Shown here piece after piece: positions 1 to 28,439 of a DNA stretch of 64,000 nt; the first letter of the stretch is position 1, and each line of letters begins with the position of its first letter. The notes beneath the pieces were generated by a model. That model did no database searches, was not told where the DNA came from, and worked only from the letters and a program-made list of their open reading frames with translations. The DNA is taken from NCBI RefSeq assembly GCF_009914755.1, contig NC_060925.1, one strand, 5' to 3'. The position numbers and the translations under genes were made by a program. The DNA is from the human T2T-CHM13v2.0 reference genome, Homo sapiens.

Positions 1-107
1 CAGCTCCCAAAGCAGTTCCCAAGGCTCTAGGGGCAAGCAAGACAGAATTGAGGGGAAGGGAGACTGCCCACATGGCAGTGCCTGACCCTTTCTTGCCCCC
101 ATCCCAG

Positions 108-5806
<5,699 letters not shown>

Positions 5807-6547
5807 GCCTTCCAGGCCCCTCATGCAGACCTGGGGTCCTCCTGGGCCCTGGCCCCCAAACCTCTTGGCACCCGGTTGTTACCCCCTGGCAGCTTCTCCC
5901 CCAAACTCTCCTACCATGTGGCCCTGCTCCTTCTCCCGTGTCTGTCTTCCCACAGTTTTCTCTTGACCCAGGGGCTCTCTTCTGCCCACCTCTCTGGATG
6001 GCCCCCGTTCTCTCCATTGCTTGTTAGCCAGGCCCCCACCCCCACTGAGTCTGCCCTATGACCTGCCTTTGGCATGTTACCCAAGCCATGGAGAGAGCCC
6101 CTTCTCCATCCCTGTCCTGTGCCCCCCAGGCTGATTGGGAGGGAGGGCACCTGGAACACTGGGCATGATCTCCAGCTCTGCCCTTGCCCTGCCAAGCTCC
6201 CTGCCCTGTTGATGCTGAACTACAGCCTTGGGACAGGCAGGCTTTGGGGCTGGACGCTGTCCAGGCATTCCTGGTGAGGGGAAGGGGACCCTGTCATCCT
6301 GCTTTATTTATTTGGGTCCCAACACCCCGCAGCCGCATGCCCCTTATGTCCCTCTTCTCCCTCTTGCATGCTTTACCTGTCCCACACCCATGCCAATGTG
6401 CCAAGTCTCCCTTGGGGACCCAGCTGAGTCTGGGTGTTCCCATTGGGTTGGGCCAGGCAAGGCCTCTGGTGCCCGCTGCCGTCCCCCTGCAGTGGGCTCT
6501 GCTAGGCCTGTGCTGAGCAACAGCTGTTATTGTCATGGTTTATAAAC

Positions 6548-6553
6548 AATAAA
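6548..6553 (+). terminator. TRIM46 polyadenylation signal AATAAA
   Basis: AATAAA about 740 nt after the TRIM46 stop. Confidence 0.8.
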
Positions 6554-7461
6554 CTGTGATGCCAGGCACATCTCTGCCTTCCCTGAGCGCAATCATTCCT
6601 GTGAGTTTCTGTGCTGGGTGTGGTAGGCGGGAGGGAGCAGGGTGCTAGGCTGTGGTTCTAGGCAGGAGCAACCAATGGATCTGGTGCCTGAGAGAGGAAG
6701 GCCCCAGGCCAGGTGCTCTAAGCCTCCTGCCACACGTGTCCTGGCCCGGCCTGAGCGCATCACAGCTGCCAGGGGACATAGCTCTCTGGCTGCTGGTGGC
6801 AGGCCCCAATCAGGGCTTCCAGGCCTGCAGCACAGGCCCTGGGGGAATGCGGTCAAGGGACAGGCAACGTGCCTGGGCCCAAAGGGGTCAGGGAACCAGA
6901 ACCACTTCCCCATTCCCAGGGTGTTGTGGAGCCCACCCCAGGGGCAGCAGGCTGGTGGGGCAGCCGGGGTCAGGGAGGGGGCTGGGCCTGGTGCCAGCGC
7001 CCGGATCTGACCCAGCCTCTGCTTATCTCAACCCTGTTGACTCTGGGCTGTTATCACTGCCCAAGGATTTACTTCACACCCGGACAGCTAAGAATAGAGC
7101 CACCTGGGGGGCACCATGCCAGGGGGCAAGGAGGGCGTGGGCCAGGCGAGGAGAGGGGAGAGCCACTGGCACACAGAGCTCAGTCACGGAGCCCAGTCAC
7201 GCTAGCCCTCCAAAGCCCGCCTGGGTTTCGTTTCCTCCTTCCTCTTGTGCTGCCAGGGTTAGCCAGAGGTGGCTCCTCAGGCCACCCCTACTCCCCAATG
7301 TCACCTCCTCCTCACATCTCCTGCTTCTCAAACAAACTCGCTCCTTACTGCCTCCTGGCCTCCCTGTCTCCTCCCCCAGCCCCCTCACACACATTCTGAC
7401 CGCCCTGCTGCCCACGGGTCACAGATGAAAGATCAGAAGTTGGCGCAGTGGGAGACCACGT

Positions 7462-7467
7462 TTTATT
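7462..7467 (-). terminator. MUC1 polyadenylation signal AATAAA
   Basis: TTTATT on + about 285 nt downstream of the MUC1 stop. Confidence 0.85.
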
Positions 7468-7750
7468 CAGTCCAGTTCAGGATCCCCGCTATCTCAGGGC
7501 TCTCTGGGCCAGTCCTCCTGGGAGCCCCCACCACAACACTTCCCAGGCATGAGCCCTCAGGGGCCCACATGAGCTTCCACACACTGAGAAGTGTCCGAGA
7601 AATTGGTGGGGCCTCTGAAGGAGGCTGTGAGCAGCCCACCTGAACTCCCAGCTCACCAGCCCAAACAGGGTGCAGGGGCTCTGGCCCTGAAGAACCTGAG
7701 TGGAGTGGAATGGCACTGGCTGGCCACTCAGCTCAGCGGGCGACGTGCCC

Positions 7751-10700
7751 CTACAAGTTGGCAGAAGTGGCTGCCACTGCTGGGTTTGTGTAAGAGAGGC
7801 TGCTGCCACCATTACCTGCAGAAACCTGGGTGGAAGGAAAAGAGATCCAGGGTGAGGAGCAAAAGGTACCTCCTAGAGCCCCTGGATGCCACCCCAGGCT
7901 GGGGTAATCAGTCCAGAGTCCTGGCCAGCTCTCAAAGGGTTAATTCAGAGAGAGCACCTGCCACCCCACCAGCCAGGTGACTGTAAACAGGGCTGCCCTC
8001 CTCCCTCTGCTCTCCTTCACTCCCTCTTCTTGGCTCTAATCAGCCCCCTTGTCCCTCCATTCTCTGCTGTTCCAGCCTAAGGAGGTGTGTGTGTGTGTGT
8101 GTGTGTGTTTTGGGGGGCGGGGTGTATCTGTGTCTTTGTAAAGCCGAGAGAGGGAGGTCTCCAGGAGGAGGAAAATAGGAGCAAGAAAACTAAACTCTCT
8201 CCTCCCCCACCTGGAGTGGTTTTCCAGCCTCAGGTGGCTGCAGTAATTATTTACTAGGTCCCATAGAGAAAGACCAGGAGAGGAAGGAGGGAGCGTTCCT
8301 TGCTTCCTTGAAGCTCCCAAGAACCCCACTGGCACCCACGCTCACCTGGTCTGCTGACACTTCTTCTTCTACCTGGGAAACCTCCCCCTATGCCAGCCTT
8401 TCTCGGTCTACCCTCCATTCCTAGGAGATGATTAGGGGCACAGAGGCTCACCCCTGGGACTCCTCGGGAAGGGCTCCCCTGGGCATAGTGCTCCACCCAT
8501 TTTGCCTCTGGGTGCAAAAAAGCAAAACAAAACAAAACTGCCACGGTGGCACCAGTTCAGCCAGCGCCAGCCAGCATGAATGTGGACGGCCAATGATCTT
8601 TTAGGAATTCTGGCAGTGGGGCCACTCCCTCTTGAGGGCCCCTTTCTTCCATAGTCTCCTCCCAGGCCTGTCCCCCAAAACTCCTCTGACCTCTGCCCCT
8701 CATCCTTGCCAGGCCCTCCCCTGCTCACTTCACGCCACTTCTCACCTCTTCCAAGCTCTTTGGGTTTTCCAAGTACCCCCTTCAGAATCCTTGCCCAGCC
8801 AAACCCTCTGCTTCCCCTGGCCTGTGGGGCCCAATCTCACCTTCTCATAGGGGCTACGATCGGTACTGCTAGGGGGCACATAGCGCCCATGGGTGTGGTA
8901 GGTGGGGTACTCGCTCATAGGATGGTAGGTATCCCGGGCTGGAAAGATGTCCAGCTGCCCGTAGTTCTTTCGGCGGCACTGACAGACAGCCTGGGGAGAT
9001 AGGAGGTTATGGCAGGCCATGGAGTGCCTTCTACCGGGGGGCTCTGATCAGGGCCAGGGACTGCACTCACCAAGGCAATGAGATAGACAATGGCCAGCGC
9101 AACCAGAACACAGACCAGCACCAGCAGCGCGATGCCCCAGCCTGGCACCCCAGCCCCAGACTGGGCAGAGAAAGGAAATGGCACATCACTCACTAAAAGG
9201 AAAAGCAGTGGTCAGGGCAGTCTCCCAGAGGAGGCGCCCCTCCCGCTGCCAGCACTAAGGAAAGAGCGGGGACCCAGACACTGGAAGGAGAGGGGCCCCG
9301 GCATGGTGCTGGGCTGCAGCCAGGGAAGTAGCCTCACCGCTGACGTCTGAGATCGTCAGGTTATATCGAGAGGCTGCTTCCGTTTTATACTGATTGAACT
9401 GTGTCTCCACGTCGTGGACATTGATGGTACCTTCTCGGAAGGCCAGAGTCAATTGTACCACCACAGATCCTGGCCTGGTCACAGGGAAATGGGCACTTCA
9501 GCCACGGGTCCCAGCTCTGGCTCAGCACTCTTCCCCCAACCTTAAGTGCACCAGTCCCTCCCTACGGTCATGACCACCACCCACCCTCCAACCACCACAC
9601 TGGGTCCACACCCAGAACTGTACCTGAACTTAATATTGGAGAGGCCCAGAAAACCCCCTTGTTTATAAATCTGCAAAAACTGGGGTGAGAGGGAAAGGAC
9701 TCAGGCTTGATGCAAAGGGTGTGGACAGTTCTGATGGCTGCTTCAGGGGAGCATGGGGAAGGAAAGGCCGATACTCACCATTTCAGAAATGTCTCTCTGC
9801 AGCTCTTGGTAGTAGTCGGTGCTGGGATCTTCCAGAGAGGAATTAAACTGGAGGTTTGAAATGTGAAAAGACAGGAAAAAGAAAGAGACCCCAGTAGACA
9901 ACTGGGGAGAAGTGCTGTGATTGGAGGAGGTGAGAGGAGGTACCGTGCTATGGTGAGTGCTACTGGCATCAGTCTTGGTGCTATGGCTGGCAAGGGTGGT
10001 AGGAGTATCAGAGTGGTGGCTGGGAATTGAGAATGGAGTGCTCTTGCTGGCTGGGGTTGTGGTAGCCCTGGCAGAGGTGCCGTTGTGCACCAGAGTAGAA
10101 GCTGAGCCTGATGCAGAGCCTGAGGCCGAGGTGACATTGTGGACTGGAGGGGCGGTGGAGCCCAAGGCGGGCCTGTTGTCCGGGGCCGAGGTGACACCAT
10201 GGGCTGGGGGGGCGGTGGAGCCCGGGGCCGGCCTGGTGTCCGGGGCCGAGGTGACACCGTGGGCTGGGGGGGCGGTGGAGCCCGGGGCCGGGGTGGAGCC
10301 CGGGGCCCGCCTGGTGTCCGGGGCCGAGGTGACACCGTGGGCTGGGGGTGCGGTGGAGCCCGGGGCCGGCCTGGTGTCCGGGGCCGAGGTGACACCGTGG
10401 GCTGGGGGGGCGGTGGAGCCCGGGGCCGGCCTGGTGTCCGGGGCCGAGGTGACACCGTGGGCTGGGGGGGCGGTGGAGCCCGGGGCCGGCCTGGTGTCCG
10501 GGGCCGAGGTGACACCGTGGGCTGGGGGGGCGGTGGAGCCCGGGGCCGGCCTGGTGTCCGGGGCCGAGGTGACACCGTGGGCTGGGGGGGCGGTGGAGCC
10601 CGGGGCCGGCCTGGTGTCCGGGGCCGAGGTGACACCGTGGGCTGGGGGGGCGGTGGAGCCCGGGGCCGGCCTGGTGTCCGGGGCCGAGGTGACACCGTGG

Positions 10701-13406
10701 GCTGGGGGGGCGGTGGAGCCCGGGGCCGGCCTGGTGTCCGGGGCCGAGGTGACACCGTGGGCTGGGGGGGCGGTGGAGCCCGGGGCCGGCCTGGTGTCCG
10801 GGGCCGAGGTGACACCGTGGGCTGGGGGGGCGGTGGAGCCCGGGGCCGGCCTGCTCTCCGGGGCCGAGGTGACACCGTGGGCTGCGGGCGCGGTGGAGCC
10901 CGGGGCCGGCCTGCTCTCCGGGGCCGAGGTGACACCGTGGGCTGCGGGCGCGGTGGAGCCCGGGGCCGGCCTGGTGTCCGGGGCCGAGGTGACACCGTGG
11001 GCTGGGGGGGCGGTGGAGCCCGGGGCCGGCCTGGTGTCCGGGGCCGAGGTGACACCGTGGGCTGGGGGGGCGGTGGAGCCCGGGGCCGGCCTGGTGTCCG
11101 GGGCCGAGGTGACACCGTGGGCTGGGGGGGCGGTGGAGCCCGGGGCCGGCCTGGTGTCCGGGGCCGAGGTGACACCGTGGGCTGGGGGGGCGGTGGAGCC
11201 CGGGGCCGGCCTGGTGTCCGGGGCCGAGGTGACACCGTGGGCTGGGGGGGCGGTGGAGCCCGGGGCCGGCCTGGTGTCCGGGGCCGAGGTGACACCGTGG
11301 GCTGGGGGGGCGGTGGAGCCCGGGGCCGGCCTGGTGTCCGGGGCCGAGGTGACACCGTGGGCTGGGGGGGCGGTGGAGCCCGGGGCCGGCCTGCTCTCCG
11401 GGGCCGAGGTGACACCGTGGGCTGCGGGCGCGGTGGAGCCCGGGGCCGGCCTGCTCTCCGGGGCCGAGGTGACACCGTGGGCTGCGGGCGCGGTGGAGCC
11501 CGGGGCCGGCCTGCTCTCCGGGGCCGAGGTGACACCGTGGGCTGGGGGGGCGGTGGAGCCCGGGGCCGGCCTGCTCTCCGGGGCCGAGGTGACACCGTGG
11601 GCTGGGGGGGCGGTGGAGCCCGGGGCCGGCCTGGTGTCCGGGGCCGAGGTGACACCGTGGGCTGGGGGGGCGGTGGAGCCCGGGGCCGGCCTGGTGTCCG
11701 GGGCCGAGGTGACACCGTGGGCTGGGGGGGCGGTGGAGCCCGGGGCCGGCCTGGTGTCCGGGGCCGAGGTGACACCGTGGGCTGGGGGGGCGGTGGAGCC
11801 CGGGGCCGGCCTGGTGTCCGGGGCCGAGGTGACACCGTGGGCTGGGGGGGCGGTGGAGCCCGGGGCCGGCCTGCTCTCCGGGGCCGAGGTGACACCGTGG
11901 GCTGCGGGCGCGGTGGAGCCCGGGGCCGGCCTGCTCTCCGGGGCCGAGGTGACACCGTGGGCTGCGGGCGCGGTGGAGCCCGGGGCCGGCCTGCTCTCCG
12001 GGGCCGAGGTGACACCGTGGGCTGGGGGGGCGGTGGAGCCCGGGGCCGGCCTGGTGTCCGGGGCCGAGGTGACACCGTGGGCTGGGGGGGCGGTGGAGCC
12101 CGGGGCCGGCCTGGTGTCCGGGGCCGAGGTGACACCGTGGGCTGGGGGGGCGGTGGAGCCCGGGGCCGGCCTGGTGTCCGGGGCCGAGGTGACACCGTGG
12201 GCTTGGGGGGCGGTGGAGCCCGGGGCCGGCCTGGTGTCCGGGGCCGAGGTGACACCGTGGGCTGCGGGCGCGGTGGAGCCCGGGGCGGGCCTGGTGTCCG
12301 GGGCCGAGGTGACACCGTGGGCTGGGGGGGCGGTGGAGCCCGGGGCGGGCCTGGTGTCCGGGGCCGAGGTGACACCGTGGGCTGGGGGGGCGGTGGAGCC
12401 CGGGGCCGGCCTGGTGTCCGGGGCCGAGGTGACACCGTGGGCTTGGGGGGCGGTGGAGCCCGGGGCCGGCCTGGTGTCCGGGGCCGAGGTGACACCGTGG
12501 GCTGGGGGGGCGGTGGAGCCCGGGGCTGGCTTGTTGTCCGGGGCTGAGGTGACATCGTGGGCTGGCGGGGTGGTGGAGCCCAGGGCTGGCCTGGTGACTG
12601 GGACCGAGGTGACATCCTGTCCCCAGGTGGCAGCTGAACCTGAAGCTGGTTCCGTGGCCGGGGCCAGAGTGACATCCTGTCCCTGAGTGGTGGAGGAGCC
12701 TGAACCGGGGCTGTGGCTGGAGAGTACGCTGCTGGTCATACTCACAGCATTCTTCTCAGTAGAGCTGGGCACTGAACTTCTCTGGGTAGCCGAAGTCTCC
12801 TTTTCTCCACCTGGGGTAGAGCTTGCATGACCAGAACCCGTAACAACTGTTGCGGGTTTAGGGGCTGTGGTAGCTGTAAGAAGTTAAAGTCATAGGGTTG
12901 GGTCTTTATGAAGGAAAAATAAGAGCAAGAAGAAAATATAAGCTCTGGCCACCAGAGAAATAATACCAGGAGGACTGGGGAGTGGGCAGCCTCAGTAACC
13001 CCTGGGTTGGCCGCCTCCTTCCCTGCAGCAGCCTCCTTCTCTCTGCCCATAGGCCTTGGCTCATGGCCCCTGCATTTCTTCCCCTCTTAAGCCTTCCCTC
13101 TCCCTACTCTCTTCCCCCTAGACTTCTCTACAGGACATTTGCTTGCCCCTGGTACCCACTCTCAGGGTTGGGGGCAACTCTTCTCAGCCTGTCCTTAGCC
13201 TCTCCCTCCTTCTGGCACAGACAGGGCAGCCTCTGTCTGCAATTCTTACCTTAACTTCATGGTGCCATCTGCCAGGGAGCAAAACCCACAGAAAGACCAC
13301 GAAGACCACCTAAGCAGGGCAGCCCACTCCCCACCTCGTGCCCCTCACCTGTAAGCACTGTGAGGAGCAGCAGCAGGAAGAAAGGAGACTGGGTGCCCGG
13401 TGTCAT
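7751..13406 (-). CDS. MUC1: Mucin-1, transmembrane mucin (7 exons)
   Basis: Exons 13406-13349 (signal [19 protein letters not shown]), 12873 or 12846-9779 (VNTR), 9679-9624, 9474-9338 (SEA cleavage G/SVVV), 9192-9071 ([25 protein letters not shown]), 8990-8841 (CQC, tyrosine-rich tail), 7825-7751 (TAG). Confidence 0.99.
8085..8108. repeat. (GT)12 microsatellite in MUC1 intron 6
   Basis: Uninterrupted GT run. Confidence 0.9.
10121..12700 (-). repeat. MUC1 60-bp coding VNTR ([20 protein letters not shown]), 36 variable units plus degenerate flanking units (about 45 total)
   Basis: Exact 60-nt periodicity on sequence lines 10321-12481 with DT/ES and PP/PA/PQ variants; an 18-nt extra segment near 10290 ([13 protein letters not shown]). 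Confidence 0.99.
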
Positions 13407-13496
13407 GGTGGTGGTGAAATGGGTGGGGAGGGGGCAGAACAGATTCAGGCAGGCGCTGGCTGCTTGAGAGGTGGAGCGGGCACAGGCGCCTACCGC

Positions 13497-14068
13497 TTTA
13501 TACCGGTCCCCCCACTCCCCGCCCGCCCGCCCTAGGCACAGCCGGAGCAGGTGACAGGTGACAAAACCCCGCCCCCTCCCCTACCTCCTACCTCTTCCTC
13601 CTCCTCCCCAACCATTCCTGGGTAGGGTACAAGGGCTCTAATCGCTCAACCCCCTGACTACCCGTTTGTTCTCCAGCTGGCCTCCCCCTTTCACCAACCA
13701 CTCCCTGGCTCCGGGGGAGGGGGGAGGGGCAGTCTGGAACTTGGGGCCCCTGGGCTCTAGTTTTAGCCTCAGGGCAACAACTAACGTGGGGATGGGGAAC
13801 AAAGCCAGCTAGGTCGAGGTCCTGTACAGCAAGGTCGGGAAGCCCACCCCTAGGTCTCCCACTCCACTTCCCCGCCCTCCCCGGGTCCACTGAAGCAGAG
13901 CGGGGCCGAGAAATAAGAGGGCTGGATAATGAGTGGACTAGGTGCTAGTTTTGGGCTCCCTCCCCCCACCACTTCCCGGAATAGCCCCACCCTTCTAACC
14001 GCTCCCTGTCCCGTTCCACACGCAGTTCTACCCTGAAACCCACAGTCCCCGCCCCAGCCGGACTTTCC
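13497..14068 (-). promoter_or_regulatory. MUC1 promoter: TATA, GC boxes, E-boxes, purine/pyrimidine tract, STAT and NF-kB sites
   Basis: TATAAA (- strand) 13497-13502; CCCGCC repeats about 13518-13531; CAGGTG x2 about 13548-13560; pyrimidine tract 13572-13609; TTCCCGGAA 13973-13981; GGACTTTCC 14060-14068. Spacing matches the described MUC1 elements near -500 and -585. Confidence 0.85.
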
Positions 14069-14585
14069 AGCAGCCTGGGTTCCCTCCTTGGAGAAAGCCA
14101 AGGAGGGAGTGGGGGAAGAAATTTCCACTTAAGGGAGTAAACCTGGGCTCCGATGAACCCTAGGGTCCTTCCTTGCCACTCTCCACCACTGGCCAGGAGC
14201 TCCTCCCGCCCTCTAGTGGTCACCGGGAGCCTTGCGGGGCTGGGCCGCGCAAGCTGAGGGGCCGCTCGGACCGGGCGGAGAGGAGTAAGGGCAGCGCTGC
14301 CTAAGTGAGGCAGCGAGAGCCCGCGAGAGGGAAGCAGGGCCCGGGAGAGAAGGGTCACTGCCGTGGCCAGGGAGGGAGGAACGCACAGCATGGTGGACGG
14401 CTGGGAGCTTTAGGAGGGGGCACTCCGGGACGCGTGGTGGTGGCGTCTGGAGGAAATGGAGCTAAGCGGGTGGGGTCCTGAGGTATGTGGAAGGGGCACC
14501 GAGGTATGTGGGAGAGGACGTTGGAACGTGGGCGGGGGAGTTGGACACGTTCTGTGTGGGCCGTTATGTACTTAAGAGGCAGATC

Positions 14586-15057
<472 letters not shown>

Positions 15058-15239
15058 CTATCCCAGGCCGCGGCAGCACGTGGAACTTGGGTCCCGCAGT
15101 CGCAGGCTGCGCTCTAGGCCGACGGAAGCAGTTCCGCCTGTATTCAGAAAACAGTTCTCAGCCCCAAAGACACAGGTTGGAAAGAACACTTTAAAAACAC
15201 TTCGGCGAGGCACGGGATTGGAGCGCATCAGATCAGCAG

Positions 15240-15935
15240 GCGAGAGACCACAGCTCTCGCCCGCGCGCCGCGCGGCGCCCGAGGCGCAGCTTTGTGTGCG
15301 GCGAGACCCTGGGGCAGGCGCTGGGCGGGGTGGGGACATCTGACGTCAGCGCGCCCGGGAGCGCGGGCCGGGGAGGCGGGGAGCCCCCCAACTCGCAGGC
15401 CGGAGAAAACACGAGTAGCTAGGTGGGCGGCCCCAAACCTCAACTCCCGGCATTGCCAAGCAACAGCCATTCAGTTCGGTTGCTGGGACACGCGTCACCA
15501 TGGCGACGGCTCCGCGCCGCGCAGTCTGAGTACTTAAAGAGCAAGCGCGCGCAACGCCCGGGCGTCGGAAAGCGGCCTTCTGGGACTCCGCAAACTCCCG
15601 TTCTCCCTCCCCCCTCCCCCTTGCCATTCCCTTTGCCTTCCGGGCGCCAAGTCTCTCTGGCCTCCAAGGTGAACCCAACTCCCCAGCGCGCCCCGGGTTC
15701 CCGGGTCGGGCCGGCTTCAGGCGGTGGGGAGCGGGATCCCGGGCCCCGGGCGGGCGGGAGGGACGGGACGCGGTGCAGTGTTGTTTTTTCCCCCGCCAAT
15801 ATTGCACTCGTCCCGGCCTCCGGCCCCCCCGGCCCCCCGGCCTCCCCGCTACCCCTAGCGGGGCAGCCCCCGCCCTCCTGGCTCTCCATCCCGGCGGATC
15901 TTTGATAGACTGGAGTGTCGCCGCTGCCACCGTGA
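15240..15935 (+). promoter_or_regulatory. CpG island; probable promoter and first exon of the MIR92B host / THBS3 antisense transcript
   Basis: CpG-dense; CRE TGACGTCA 15341-15348, X-boxes 15452-15507, TATA-like TACTTAAA 15531-15538, splice donor GTGAGT at 15932. Confidence 0.65.
15740..15835 (+). ncRNA. MIR92B: microRNA precursor mir-92b
   Basis: 5p AGGGACGGGACGCGGTGCAGTG 15759-15780 pairs with 3p TATTGCACTCGTCCCGGCCTCC 15800-15821 (miR-25/32/92 seed ATTGCAC). Confidence 0.97.
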
Positions 15936-16403
15936 GTAAGTGGGTCTGGGAGGACTTCGGGCATCCTCCCTCAGGCACCCTATCCTTCACTTAACTCCAT
16001 CCAGCACCTCCCCCACCCGCATCCCCAAATCAGCCAAACTTCCCCTAGATCCCTAACTTCCACCCTCCCAGGCTTTCTCTTCTACTCGCCGATTCCTTCC
16101 ACTTCCCCACCCTATCCCGGAAAATCCCTAAAATAAGCAGTTGCACTGGCTTAGAAAACAACCAAAACTTTATGGCAATGTGCTGTCATCTTTCCTGGGG
16201 TTAGTGCCTGAGTAATACCCCTTGAAAACTTCTCATCCCCTGAAGGGTGGGGTGACCACCCCTCTGGGACTGAACTCCTTTTGGGAGCCAGAGAAGGGTC
16301 TGTGGTTGGCTGAGGGGCTGTAGCTTAGACCTCAGGGTCTCCAGGATGGACCCCAAGGCCAAAGGGTCTAAAATTCTGAATTCTGAATCTGGTGGCCTCC
16401 TCC

Positions 16404-28439
<12,036 letters not shown>

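Noticed and set aside
6652-7428. 258-aa ORF between TRIM46 and MUC1
   Set aside because: Non-ATG start, no recognisable domain, expected by chance in GC-rich DNA.
10321-12502. Regular 60-bp array resembling a CRISPR array
   Set aside because: No unique spacers and no cas genes; it is the coding MUC1 VNTR.
15346-15990. Overlapping ORFs across the MIR92B CpG island
   Set aside because: GC-driven open frames overlapping a miRNA hairpin; no coding support.
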